Part shown: piece by piece, positions 52,006 through 62,502 of the stretch
How the letters are laid out: each line of letters begins with the position of its first letter
Position numbering within the stretch: the first letter of the stretch is position 1
NCBI GenBank assembly: GCA_963749915.1
Contig: CAVVOP010000032.1
Span: forward strand, 117,902-181,901
DNA from: an uncultured cyanobacterium
GTDB taxonomy: Bacteria > Cyanobacteriota > Cyanobacteriia > Cyanobacteriales > Cyanobacteriaceae
DNA length: 64,000 bases
Direction of reading: 5' to 3'
The notes under the pieces: generated by a model
Databases searched by the model: none
Told to the model about the DNA's origin: nothing
The model's input: the letters and a program-made list of their open reading frames with translations, nothing else
Program-made: the position numbers and the translations under genes

Positions 52006-52503
52006 ATGGGTAAGGTTTTAGTCTTGAATGCCTCCTATGAACCGCTCAATATTACTAACTGGAGGAGAGCGGTAGTATTGCTAATAAAAGGCAAAGCCGA
52101 ACAGTTAGAACATAATGATACATTTATCTATCCTACTTTTCCATTGCCGTCAGTTATTAGGTTACGCCATTATGTAAAAGTGCCTTATAAAGATATTCCC
52201 CTCACTCGCAGAAATGTTCTCGAAAGAGATAAAAATACTTGTCAATATTGCAGTTATAAAGGAGATCAACTTACTCTCGATCATGTTACCCCTCGATCCC
52301 GCGGCGGTGGCGATAGTTGGGAAAACTTGGTGGCGGCTTGTGTACGTTGTAATATAAAAAAAGGTAATCGAACTCCGAAAGAAGCTCAAATGCCTTTACA
52401 TAAACAACCGAGAAAACCTTATAGTAGTCTTCATTTTGAAATTGCTAAATGTACTAGGGATAATATTAATCATGAATGGCGTAAATATGTTATTGGCATT
52501 TAG
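52006..52503 (+). CDS. HNH endonuclease (conserved cyanobacterial McrA-like)
   Basis: VLVLNASYEP, CQYC, TLDHV.PRSRGG, WENLVAAC..CN..KG. Confidence 0.92.
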   Translation: MGKVLVLNASYEPLNITNWRRAVVLLIKGKAEQLEHNDTFIYPTFPLPSVIRLRHYVKVPYKDIPLTRRNVLERDKNTCQYCSYKGDQLTLDHVTPRSRGGGDSWENLVAACVRCNIKKGNRTPKEAQMPLHKQPRKPYSSLHFEIAKCTRDNINHEWRKYVIGI

Positions 52504-52611
52504 TTGGGGGTTGCTGACAAAAACCCCATTTAAACTGAGATCTTTCTTCATAATTCATAATTGCCCTCAACAGGTGCTTTTGGGAAAGGTGCAAGATCTG
52601 AGCTAAACCTG

Positions 52612-54849
52612 TTATTCGATGATCACAAAACCAAGAAAATTGAGATTATAGGCTTGTATTCTTTTCATTGCTTCCCTTAATAAACTATGGGATGTTTCTT
52701 TTAGTTTTACAACAAAGACAATGCCTTGAGTTTTTTCTGCTAGTAAGCTAAGGTCATAGGATTCTAGGAAGAAAGAGCTGTTATATATTATTAAAGTATA
52801 ATCTTCACTGATAGTCTGAATTAAAGATTGGGCTTCTTCTGCACCCATGCTAAGGGGTAAATCAGCATCATTGGTGCCTGCGGTGAGGATTGATACATTT
52901 TGTTGACGATCAATCTCCGCGATGAGGGGGAGACTAGAATCTTCAGTAATGGGAAACTGCAATAAATCCGTTAATCCTTTCCGTATAGGTTGATCAAAAT
53001 ATTCTTGAATTTCTGGCTGTATAGTATTGGCATCAATCAACAATACTTTTTCGTCAATCTTCGCGGCAGTTTTTGCTAAATTAGCGGCAACATAGGCTTG
53101 ACCATCGTTAGGATTTAAGGAAGAAATAAGTAAATAATTTTTATGATTGGGGGATAATCGAAAATAGATATTAGTATAAATTTCTGATAGAGAAACTGGA
53201 GACGGTGGTATGATTTGATCAATACTAGAAGATTCCTCAAAAAAGTTCCCTTCATCTAAACTTGATTTCTTTTTACCCTCGGTATCGAGGAGTATTTTAC
53301 CTAGAATTGGCAATCCAAAACGGTATTCTAAATCGCTTAGTTCATAAAAAACATCTCTCTTCTTCTCAATAGCGATGGATGCGATGATTCCCAGAATAAA
53401 ACCTCCCATAATACCTGCACCAATTTTCTTGGTAGGATTTGGTGGAAGGCCTTTTATCTCGCCATTTTGATTTAAGGGAATTTGTGGTTGTGAAAGTAAC
53501 TCCCAAGGAATTTGTTTTTGAGCCATTTCAACACCTAAAGTTTCCCGTTGGGCGGTAAGTCTATTAAGAATATCAGTATCAAGGGTAATTTGTCGATTTA
53601 ATTCATTATATTCTTTAATGACACTGGGTATTATTTTTAAATCGTTACCGGTATCAATTTGATTTTGACTTAGGGACTGATAACGGGAAGAAAGGGTATC
53701 AATTTGATTTTGAGTTTCAATTAATTGTCGAATTAAATTAAGACGGTTACTGTCTTGAAAAGCAAATACTCGAGGATTAATGTTGGGGTTAATATTATTA
53801 TCTTCCAAAATTTTTGCTGTTGTTTTATTCAGTAAATTTAGGATATTATCTCGTTGTTCTTTTAGGTTTAAAATAACGGGATGATTGGAAGTTAATTTAG
53901 CAGATTCTAAACCAATTTGATATTCTAGTTCCTGTAACTGCAATAATAATTGCTGTCTTTTTGGTTCTTGACCCAAAGTTGAGGCAATAAAAGATTCCTC
54001 CACCGATAATCCCAGATCTTTTTGTAGATTATTAGATAATATATTTAACTCTTTTAACTGAGCCTCCAGAGCTAATAATTGTTGATTATATTCAGTGTTA
54101 ACTAGAAATAAACTATCCCCTTTTACTGCGGGATTAACAAGTTGATTCTCTAATTGTATTTTTTGTTGTTGATTCTGTAGTTTATTAATTCTATCTTTTA
54201 TTTGCGGTAATTGTTCATTGATAAATTTTACCCCAGAACCTAAACTTTTTTCTCGCTCTTTTTCACCATATTCTAAATATTTATCGGCAACTTCATTGAG
54301 GACTAAAAGTACAAAATCAGGATTTAATCCCTTATAGCTAACCTGAACAACTTTAGTCACATCAAATCTACTCTTACCTGCCTGTACTTGTTGTATTGAC
54401 AAATCTTTCTGCAAACTATCCAGCAAAAAATATTGAGGAACATCCGGATATTTTTGATTAATTTTTTTGGCAATATCCTCTAAAATGTCTCTGCTTTTTA
54501 ACATTGTTATAATAGTAGGATAATCAACGGTGAAAAGTCTTTCATCAACGTTTCCACCTGTTCTGGCTAAAGTGGTGGCATCGGTTAATTTGTCCGCAGA
54601 AGTACCCGGTTCAAGTAGCATTTGAAAACTGCCGGAATAAGTTACCGGATCTCGACTGGCTATAGCCAATGCGGGAATAAAACCTAGTATAGTAAAACCC
54701 AGAATAACTAACCATTTACGTTTGAAAGTATTGAGATAAAGTTTCCACTTATTTCCTTTATTTTTTTGCCTCTTTGTTGTGGAAGTCCGAGAAATATCTG
54801 CCAAATCTTCCAAATCTTTCACTGGGAATTCATCAGTTTCATACACCAT
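52612..54849 (-). CDS. Wzc/GumC-like polysaccharide co-polymerase with degenerate kinase domain
   Basis: Two TMs flanking coiled coils; cytoplasmic ISSLNPNDGQAYVAANLA, LLIDAN. Confidence 0.85.
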   Translation of the reverse strand: MVYETDEFPVKDLEDLADISRTSTTKRQKNKGNKWKLYLNTFKRKWLVILGFTILGFIPALAIASRDPVTYSGSFQMLLEPGTSADKLTDATTLARTGGNVDERLFTVDYPTIITMLKSRDILEDIAKKINQKYPDVPQYFLLDSLQKDLSIQQVQAGKSRFDVTKVVQVSYKGLNPDFVLLVLNEVADKYLEYGEKEREKSLGSGVKFINEQLPQIKDRINKLQNQQQKIQLENQLVNPAVKGDSLFLVNTEYNQQLLALEAQLKELNILSNNLQKDLGLSVEESFIASTLGQEPKRQQLLLQLQELEYQIGLESAKLTSNHPVILNLKEQRDNILNLLNKTTAKILEDNNINPNINPRVFAFQDSNRLNLIRQLIETQNQIDTLSSRYQSLSQNQIDTGNDLKIIPSVIKEYNELNRQITLDTDILNRLTAQRETLGVEMAQKQIPWELLSQPQIPLNQNGEIKGLPPNPTKKIGAGIMGGFILGIIASIAIEKKRDVFYELSDLEYRFGLPILGKILLDTEGKKKSSLDEGNFFEESSSIDQIIPPSPVSLSEIYTNIYFRLSPNHKNYLLISSLNPNDGQAYVAANLAKTAAKIDEKVLLIDANTIQPEIQEYFDQPIRKGLTDLLQFPITEDSSLPLIAEIDRQQNVSILTAGTNDADLPLSMGAEEAQSLIQTISEDYTLIIYNSSFFLESYDLSLLAEKTQGIVFVVKLKETSHSLLREAMKRIQAYNLNFLGFVIIE

Positions 54850-55090
54850 AATTTTAGCTGAAATTACTATAAATTTTAAATAAAGATGAGTGTTTTCTGA
54901 AAATTATTATAACCTTAACTATTTAAAGTGGTGAAAAATTAGGAGAGAAAAAACGATGCAACATATAAGTTAATAGTAATCATTGCCAAAATCAACGACT
55001 TAACTAACTCTCTACCACAGCAGCAAATCGGATTTTATAACAAGCTCACCATTCTGCTTGTTGTCAAAAACCTGAACATCGAGTGATTGC

Positions 55091-55113
55091 TATAGTAAAG
55101 TAAAATTACTATA
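55091..55113. promoter_or_regulatory. palindromic operator candidate upstream of the persulfide dioxygenase operon
   Basis: TATAGTAA-N7-TTACTATA, 20 bp before the start codon. Confidence 0.5.
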
Positions 55114-55133
55114 TGACAAATACAATAGATTAG

Positions 55134-55832
55134 GTGGAAAAAATGTTATTTCGTCAACTGTTCGATCGAGAAACATGGACTTATACTTATCTCCTCGCTG
55201 ATAAAGGAACAAAAGAAGCGGTGTTGGTTGATCCGGTGCTAGAACAAGTAGAAAGGGATTTACAGTTAATCCGTGAATTAAGTTTAAATCTTAAATATTC
55301 TATTGAAACTCATGTCCACGCCGATCATATTACTGGAACAGGAAAATTACGACAGTTAACCCATTGTCTTGGCATTGTCCCCGAAAAAGCTCAAGTAAAT
55401 TGTGCCGATCGCCACATATCCGATGGTGAAATTTTAAAAGTAGGAAATATTGAGATTAAGGCCATGGCATCTCCGGGACATACAGACTGTCATTTTGCTT
55501 ATTTGGTTAATGGCACTCATTTATTAACAGGGGATGCTTTATTTATTCGAGGTTGTGGCAGGACAGATTTTCAGAGTGGGAATGCTGGAGATTTGTATGA
55601 TTCTATTACGCAAAAATTCTTTACTTTAGCTGATGAAACCTTAGTATATCCGGGTCATGATTATCGTGGTAATATGGTATCAACTATTGGAGAAGAAAAA
55701 CAATTTAATCCTCGTATTGCCCATAAAAACCGTGCCGAATTTATAGAAATAATGGCTAATCTTAATTTACCTAATCCTACCAAAATTATGGAGGCAGTTC
55801 CCGCTAATCAACTATGCGGAAAAGTTCAATAA
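55134..55832 (+). CDS. persulfide dioxygenase (ETHE1-like MBL fold)
   Basis: LFRQLFD..T.TYTYLL, ETHVHADHITG, PGHT, GDAL.IRGCGRTDFQ, YPGHDY. Confidence 0.92.
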   Translation: MEKMLFRQLFDRETWTYTYLLADKGTKEAVLVDPVLEQVERDLQLIRELSLNLKYSIETHVHADHITGTGKLRQLTHCLGIVPEKAQVNCADRHISDGEILKVGNIEIKAMASPGHTDCHFAYLVNGTHLLTGDALFIRGCGRTDFQSGNAGDLYDSITQKFFTLADETLVYPGHDYRGNMVSTIGEEKQFNPRIAHKNRAEFIEIMANLNLPNPTKIMEAVPANQLCGKVQ

Positions 55833-55896
55833 TTAAAAAATATTCAAAAATGTCAAATTGTGACTATTTAACTGGTTTAATAATTTTAAAAATGTC

Positions 55897-56106
55897 ATGG
55901 TTACAACTGCTGTGAAACCTAAAATAAAATTAATTAATGCTCAAGATTTAATGATAAAATTAATTCAAGTAATTCAAGAAAAAGATAATATTATCCTTTA
56001 TTCTCGATCAGGGAAACGTTCCCATCAAGTAGCCGAGAAGTTAATTGACTGGGGTATCACCCCTGTTAGCGAACTTAAAGGGAGTATTATGGCATGGCAA
56101 GACTGA
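55897..56106 (+). pseudogene. rhodanese-domain remnant
   Basis: LYSRSGKRS (catalytic Cys to Ser), LKGSIMAW; DVRE...HIPGA segment missing. Confidence 0.7.
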
Positions 56107-56127
56107 AAATGTAACAGAAAAGATATC

Positions 56128-56910
56128 ATGCACCTAACTTTTGGTTTATTTTTAGCAGTTTTTGTCGGCTTAACTCTCGGCTTAATCGGCGGTGGTGGTT
56201 CAATTTTAGCTGTTCCTATTCTTAAATATGTCATAGGTGTTTCTACTAAAGAGGCGATCGCCATGAGTTTATTTATAGTAGGAATAGTAAGTATTATGGG
56301 TTTAATACCTCATTGGCGACAGGGAAACGTGAATTTTTCTATTGCTTTAATCTTTATTCCCCCGGCGATGGTGGGCAGTTTTTTAGGGGCAAAAATCAGC
56401 GATTTACCCATGATAAACGATATAATTCAACTGGTCAGTTTTGGGATCGTTATGTTATTAGCTAGTGTCCTAATGATCCTCAAAAGAAACAGTAAATCTA
56501 AGAAAAAAGAGGATAATTTTACAGAAAAAAAAGAGATTATTAAGAATAAAAAAATTAACCTTTTTTTGACAATTATAGAGGGTTTTGGAGTAGGAATTTT
56601 AACCGGATTTGTTGGCGTTGGCGGGGGTTTTTTAATTATTCCCGCTTTGGTTTTGCTGGGAGGAATACCCATGAAAGAAGCAGTGGGAACCTCATTAATT
56701 ATCATTGCTTTTAATTCCGTCAGTGGATTTTATGGGTACTTAAATCAGGTAGATTTAAACTGGTTAATTATGATTAATTTTACTATCGCTGCTAGTGTAG
56801 GAATTATTATGGGGGGATTTTTCTCCCAAAAAATTAACGCTCAATATTTACAAAAAGGTTTTGGTTATTTTGTGTTGACCGTTGCTATCTTTGTTCTTAT
56901 GGTTCGATAA
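56128..56910 (+). CDS. sulfite exporter TauE/SafE family
   Basis: [33 protein letters not shown]. Confidence 0.92.
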   Translation: MHLTFGLFLAVFVGLTLGLIGGGGSILAVPILKYVIGVSTKEAIAMSLFIVGIVSIMGLIPHWRQGNVNFSIALIFIPPAMVGSFLGAKISDLPMINDIIQLVSFGIVMLLASVLMILKRNSKSKKKEDNFTEKKEIIKNKKINLFLTIIEGFGVGILTGFVGVGGGFLIIPALVLLGGIPMKEAVGTSLIIIAFNSVSGFYGYLNQVDLNWLIMINFTIAASVGIIMGGFFSQKINAQYLQKGFGYFVLTVAIFVLMVR

Positions 56911-57139
56911 TATTCGGACATTGTACCTACGTAATCAATCCTCAGTGGGTCTAAAAGGATTTGTCCCAAACGGATAAATCCCTGAAGGTTGTTATAATAG
57001 TAGAGTTTAACTATGATTTTGCATTGCAGTAATTTTCAGAAACTGATTTTCTCGGTTTTTGACAGGTTAATTATCGTTTATCTCTCAATCAAGTTAAATA
57101 CGACTATTACTTATAAATATTTATTATCTTAAATTTATC

Positions 57140-58252
57140 ATGGCTGAATCATATCTATTAGAAAAACTAGCCTCTGTAGAAACAACTTTTACAGAATTAA
57201 CTCGGCGATTAGGGGATCCTGATATTGCCACTAATCCTGATGAATTACAGACAGTTGCAAAAATGCGTTCTTCTCTGGAGGAGACAGTCCTCACTTACCA
57301 AGAATGGCAAAAAGCAGAAGAGGATTTAAAGGGTGCTAAAGAAATCTATAAAGAATCTAACGCTGATCCCGAAATGAAGGAATTGGCGGCTATAGAAATC
57401 GAAGAATTGGAAGCTCAAATGGATCGCTTAGAAAAGCGTCTCAAGGTTCTATTATTACCCCGTGACCCCAATGATGATAAAAATATTATGTTGGAAATAC
57501 GAGCAGGTACTGGCGGTGATGAAGCTAGTATTTGGGCCGGGGATTTAGTACGGATGTATTCTCGTTATGCAGAAACCCTAAATTGGAATGTCAAACTTTT
57601 AAGTGAGTCTCCGGCGGAAATGGGGGGTTTTAAGGAGGCAATTCTCGAAATTACGGGGGAAAGTGTCTACAGTAAGCTCAAGTTCGAAGCAGGGGTACAT
57701 CGGGTGCAAAGAGTGCCTTTGACTGAAGCCGGCGGTAGAGTTCATACTTCTACGGCAACGGTGGCAATTATGCCCGAAGTTGATGATGTTGAGATACATA
57801 TTGATCCAAAAGACATTGAGTTAACTACGGCTCGATCTGGTGGTGCTGGCGGACAAAATGTTAATAAGGTGGAAACTGCGGTGGATTTAATTCACAAACC
57901 GACGGGTATTCGCGTTTTTTGTACGGAAGAGCGATCGCAACTTAAAAACCGTGAACGTGCCATGCAAATTTTACGAGCGAAACTTTATGAAATCAAACTT
58001 AAAGAGCAACAGGATGAGGTTACTTCTATGCGGCGATCGCAAGTAGGTACAGGAGCAAGATCTGAAAAAATTCGCACCTATAACTACAAAGATAATCGAG
58101 CAACGGATCACCGACTAGGCAGAAACTTTGACTTAACCAGTGTCCTAGAAGGAAAAATAGACGATGTGATACAGGCTTGTATTGCTCAAGATCAACAGGA
58201 AAGATTAGAACAAATGGCTTCTTCTCCCACCACGGCAGGAGCGTTAATTTAA
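57140..58252 (+). CDS. prfA: peptide chain release factor 1
   Basis: [19 protein letters not shown] (PxT), [19 protein letters not shown]. Confidence 0.97.
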   Translation: MAESYLLEKLASVETTFTELTRRLGDPDIATNPDELQTVAKMRSSLEETVLTYQEWQKAEEDLKGAKEIYKESNADPEMKELAAIEIEELEAQMDRLEKRLKVLLLPRDPNDDKNIMLEIRAGTGGDEASIWAGDLVRMYSRYAETLNWNVKLLSESPAEMGGFKEAILEITGESVYSKLKFEAGVHRVQRVPLTEAGGRVHTSTATVAIMPEVDDVEIHIDPKDIELTTARSGGAGGQNVNKVETAVDLIHKPTGIRVFCTEERSQLKNRERAMQILRAKLYEIKLKEQQDEVTSMRRSQVGTGARSEKIRTYNYKDNRATDHRLGRNFDLTSVLEGKIDDVIQACIAQDQQERLEQMASSPTTAGALI

Positions 58253-58268
58253 GATAAACTCTCAAGGA

Positions 58269-58293
58269 TTCCAATACTGCGAGGGTATTGGAA
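58269..58293. terminator. hairpin between convergent prfA and the COG0523 gene
   Basis: TTCCAATACT / GGTATTGGAA stem. Confidence 0.55.
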
Positions 58294-58313
58294 AATATAA
58301 TTGTCTGAGCTTA

Positions 58314-59393
58314 CTAATCATTAATAAGACATTGTTCTAATTGTTGTTTAATTTTTTCAGCATCAATATTTTGACCAATAAAAACTAATTTATTTTCCCT
58401 TTTTTGATCTTTTTTCCATACATCATCCTCAATAGTAAAACGTTTACCACTTAAGTGAAAAATATGACGATCGGCACTTTCTTGAAACCATAAAATACCT
58501 TTAGCTCGAAAAACATTAGTGGATAATTCATTGTCCAAAAAACTCTGCAATTTACGAATATAAAAGGGCTTATCACTAACAAAAGAAACGGAAATAAAAC
58601 CATCATTTTCTAGGTGATTTGAGTGGTGATGATGCTCGTGATCATGGTGATCATGTTCACAGTTGTGGTCGTGTTCGTGGTCTTCTGTACAATGGTGATC
58701 GTGGTCATGTTGATCGTGAGAATCAGTAGTATTAAAATATTTATCAGATTCAAACAATCCTACGCTGAGAATTAACGGTAAAGGCACTTGAGATTTAGTG
58801 GTGCGTAAAATTCTCGCATCGGCTTTTATGTCTCTCAATCTCACTTCCAATAAATCAACATCAGCCTCATCAACTAAATCAGTTTTGTTAAGCAAAATGA
58901 TATCACCGTAAGCAATTTGATTATAGGCAGCATCACTGTTAAATAAATCGATGCTGAAATTCTCACAATCAACTAAAGTAACAATGGAATCTAACCTTGT
59001 TAAATCTCTTAATTCAGTACCTAAAAAAGTTAATGCTACCGGTAAAGGATCGGCAACTCCCGTTGTTTCCACCACTAAATAATCTATTTTTTCTTCCCTT
59101 TCTAAAACATTATAAATAGCATCAACCAAATCGTTATTAATAGTGCAACAAATGCAGCCATTACTTAATTCCACCATCGTTTCATCAGCAGAAATAATTA
59201 AATCATTATCAATCCCAATTTCGCCAAATTCATTTACTAAAACTGCGGTTTTTATACCTTGTTGATTTTGCAAAATATGGTTAAGTAAAGTAGTTTTTCC
59301 ACTGCCTAAAAATCCCGTAATAATTGTTACAGGTAAACCATGTTTAGGAGCATCCAGAAGATTACTGGGAGTATTTACTGATACTTGAGTCAT
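58314..59393 (-). CDS. COG0523/CobW-family metallochaperone GTPase with His-rich insert
   Basis: TGFLGSGKTT, NEFGEIGID, GCICCT, ETTGVADP, NKTD, His tract, FRAKG. Confidence 0.93.
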   Translation of the reverse strand: MTQVSVNTPSNLLDAPKHGLPVTIITGFLGSGKTTLLNHILQNQQGIKTAVLVNEFGEIGIDNDLIISADETMVELSNGCICCTINNDLVDAIYNVLEREEKIDYLVVETTGVADPLPVALTFLGTELRDLTRLDSIVTLVDCENFSIDLFNSDAAYNQIAYGDIILLNKTDLVDEADVDLLEVRLRDIKADARILRTTKSQVPLPLILSVGLFESDKYFNTTDSHDQHDHDHHCTEDHEHDHNCEHDHHDHEHHHHSNHLENDGFISVSFVSDKPFYIRKLQSFLDNELSTNVFRAKGILWFQESADRHIFHLSGKRFTIEDDVWKKDQKRENKLVFIGQNIDAEKIKQQLEQCLIND

Positions 59394-59564
59394 AAGGATA
59401 ACTATAATTTTTGATTCTATATCTTTTACTATCTATATATCTAATATACACTTTTCCCATTCTTGAGATCCGAAGTTTTACCATTGCCAATTTTTCATTA
59501 CTAAATAATGTTAATATTTTGTAACAGTCAGTTATTGTAGTTTTTCATTGAACAGTAGAAAAAT

Positions 59565-59939
59565 ATGTATTATATTCCCGAACCACCTTTAGGTTTATTA
59601 TTTTTCGGTCTTTTTATCGGTATTACTTGTGGGTTAGCTTTTGAATCTTCTTTGAAACAACAGGTTAATAAATGGGGTGAACAAGGGAAAAAAGGCATAA
59701 AACCTAATATGTCCGCAATTTCTGTTCTAAAATTACCGTTTTTGGGCATTTGTTTCGGAATCTGTGTTTTTCTTGCCGCAGGATTAGAAATTTTCACCTA
59801 TAATCGTGTGTTATCCTATGCCGTATCAGGCTCATTAACCGTCTTCATCGGCTTATTAATTTGGATACAGTTGAAAAAACTAATTGTACTATTGTTAGAG
59901 GGCGGATCTCAAGCCCTCGATTTGGACGCATTTTATTAA
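59565..59939 (+). CDS. conserved cyanobacterial membrane protein
   Basis: Three hydrophobic segments, TCGLAFE, GGSQALDLD. Confidence 0.75.
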   Translation: MYYIPEPPLGLLFFGLFIGITCGLAFESSLKQQVNKWGEQGKKGIKPNMSAISVLKLPFLGICFGICVFLAAGLEIFTYNRVLSYAVSGSLTVFIGLLIWIQLKKLIVLLLEGGSQALDLDAFY

Positions 59940-60025
59940 TAATTAGCTATTAACAATTGACAATTAATTTCCCACTAATGGACTGTTGACCTTATCCTAT
60001 CTATGAACAAGTTATGAAACGCCTC

Positions 60026-61172
60026 GTTCTAACGGATTTTGTGGGTAGGGGATTTTAGCAGTGATCGCCTACTAATTAATGACAGAGTGTTACTTCTTCG
60101 GTTAAGGTAGTCAAGCCGTTGATCATTTAAAAGCTTAATTCTTAAGATGACACACTCTACTAAAGGAGACAAAAGCATCTCCTTACCTGTTGCCAGCGAA
60201 GCTGAATATAAAATAATTATTAACAATAATAACACTTTTAGAGAATATATTCTTCAAGTCTTAGAAAAATATCCAGAAATCTTTCCCATTGAGATGAAAC
60301 GAGGCTTTTCCTTCCACGATTGGGTCACTTCCTCCAAACAACAACTGCCCATGCGTCGTATTAAGCTTAAGGAGAACGGAGAAGTTTATCAACTACGCCC
60401 TGAGTTTATAATGCCCTATATGATAGGAAAAACCGACGAAATGGAGAAGGCTTTGTATTTATGTCAGTTTGGCGTTCCGTTTGAAGCAATTGCTTACGTT
60501 TTTGGTCGTAATGCCATGTATTGGTATCGGGCTTGCTGTGCTTTAAGTCGAGCTTCCCTAGTGGGGACAACGGTTAAAAATGCTGAAAAACTGCCCCAAC
60601 ACTTATTAGCTGATGAAAAACATACATGGCTGAGAGGAGAAAGAGTTTTTGTCCCGACCACTGTGGCCAGCGACTGCATTCTAGGAGTTAGTTTAACAGA
60701 CTCAGCTAGTCCAACGGCTTTGACTGAAGGCTACAGGGAGTTTAAGGAAGAGTTTCAGCTCATATATCCTGATTATCAGCCAATTACTGTGAACACAGAT
60801 GGTTGGGAGGCAACCAGAGACGCTTGGCAAACCCTTTTTCCGAATATCATCCTCATATTGTGCTTTCTTCATGATGTTCTCAAAGTTGAGAAAGGATACC
60901 CCACACAGCATAATTATCGAAAAATCTTGTTAGGTAAACTCTGGAAGGCTTTTCAAGGTAAAACCTCGGTTAAATTCCTAGCTGGTTTACGAAAAACCTT
61001 GATTTGGGCCAAAAAGCGTATTAAAAAGAAAAAGACACTGAACCGACTGAGAAAATTGTGTCGTCGTGGATGGAGTTATCACGACAACTGGCTACAGAAT
61101 CTATTGATTGCCAGTTCCCTAAATGGCCGCCGACCTGCTGAAAAATTAGCCACCCACAAAATCCGTTAGAAC
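60026..61172 (+). mobile_element. IS element with perfect 21-bp TIRs and unclassified DDE-type transposase (60147-61169)
   Basis: GTTCTAACGGATTTTGTGGGT at both ends (inverted); ORF has ADEKH, NTDGW, LCFLH; its stop codon lies in the right TIR. Confidence 0.8.
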
Positions 61173-61398
61173 CAGTTTTTAATTGTTAGGTATTGGTAAG
61201 ATTAAGAATGGGAACATTAATAATTAAACACCAAAAAACGAGTGAAACAGGAACAAATATCTAATTTTTTTTCAGTGGATAGTGCGTAAAATCCTAGAGA
61301 AATAGAGACATATTATTTACTAATATAAAATTAATCGTACATTTTAAGATAGTATCTTAGTAGGCTTTTCTCTATATTTTCTTTTCTAATAATGATTC

Positions 61399-62502
61399 AT
61401 GCGTATTTATTTATACTTAATAGCGGGAATAACTTCGGCTTTAATCGGTTGGAATCTTGGTCAATTTTTGCTGACAGATTTGGGTTTAATTTTCTCTTTG
61501 CCTGAGTTAATTCTATATCCCTGTATCGCCATTTCTTTAGCGGTTGGCATGGTGTTAAATGAAATTTTTATCTCTAGCCCCACTCGTCCAAAATTGTGTT
61601 TGAGAAAGGCAAAAATTCCCCTTTTAATTGCTTTGGGATTAGGGTTAATTATTGGTTTATTTTCAGGTGCGATCGCGCTTCTTTTATTTTTACCTTTTTT
61701 TGCCATTCCTGCGGTAATAGTTAGGGTTGTGGGATGGTTATTAATTGGCGTAGCAGTCGGTTTAGCTGAGGGGTTAACATGGCGTTGGGAAACGGTGGAA
61801 GCGGGGGATAAAAAGCGATTCCGTAACCGTTTAATTGCTAGTATTGGCGGTGCGATGGGGGCGAGTTTTCTGGCGGCGATTTTATTTGAGGTGGTGCGGT
61901 TATTATTGGAAGAAATGCCGAAAAATTTCCGTTTAGCAGAAGATCCCATCGGTTTTAGCGTTTTAGGCTTGTTTTTGGGCTTAACCTTCAGTTTAACTGG
62001 CTCTCCTAGCTATTTAGTCGCTCTTCGGGCTGGTAGTGGCTTTGAATATGTTAGTCAGGGTTTCGCTCAACTTCCCTCTCCCTCCGTTAATCTCAGTAAG
62101 GATTATCCTCAAATTGATCAATCTGTGTTAACTTTTGTGAGTAATAGTATTAACGAGCGCATCGAGGAGGGGTTATCCATTAAACTACCATCAAAGGGAA
62201 GTTTTAAAATAGGTTCATCAAAAGACTGTCATATTTGCATCCCCAGTTTACCTGATCATGTGGCGACTCTGGAAATCAAGGCAAGGGAGGCGGTGTTAAT
62301 CCCCCATGTTTTATATTTTAATCATGTTGCCGTTAATGGTGAGGAGTTAACAACGAAAAAAAACATTATTTTAAAACATAATTATTTAGTCACTTTTTAC
62401 CCAATTTTAGAAAGTGAAAATCCCGAAAAATCTTTATTTGTTAATTATGAAAAAATCTTTCGTTTTGTCTATTATAACCGCTTTTTCGATCCCCAAGGTT
62501 AG
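61399..62502 (+). CDS. multi-TM membrane protein with C-terminal FHA-like domain
   Basis: About six Gly-rich TM helices, then FKIGSSKDCHICIP...VAVNG...ILKHN. Confidence 0.6.
   Translation: MRIYLYLIAGITSALIGWNLGQFLLTDLGLIFSLPELILYPCIAISLAVGMVLNEIFISSPTRPKLCLRKAKIPLLIALGLGLIIGLFSGAIALLLFLPFFAIPAVIVRVVGWLLIGVAVGLAEGLTWRWETVEAGDKKRFRNRLIASIGGAMGASFLAAILFEVVRLLLEEMPKNFRLAEDPIGFSVLGLFLGLTFSLTGSPSYLVALRAGSGFEYVSQGFAQLPSPSVNLSKDYPQIDQSVLTFVSNSINERIEEGLSIKLPSKGSFKIGSSKDCHICIPSLPDHVATLEIKAREAVLIPHVLYFNHVAVNGEELTTKKNIILKHNYLVTFYPILESENPEKSLFVNYEKIFRFVYYNRFFDPQG

Noticed and set aside
60029..60235. 68-aa ORF ending THKIR like the transposase
   Set aside because: The shared ending is simply the inverted repeat read outward
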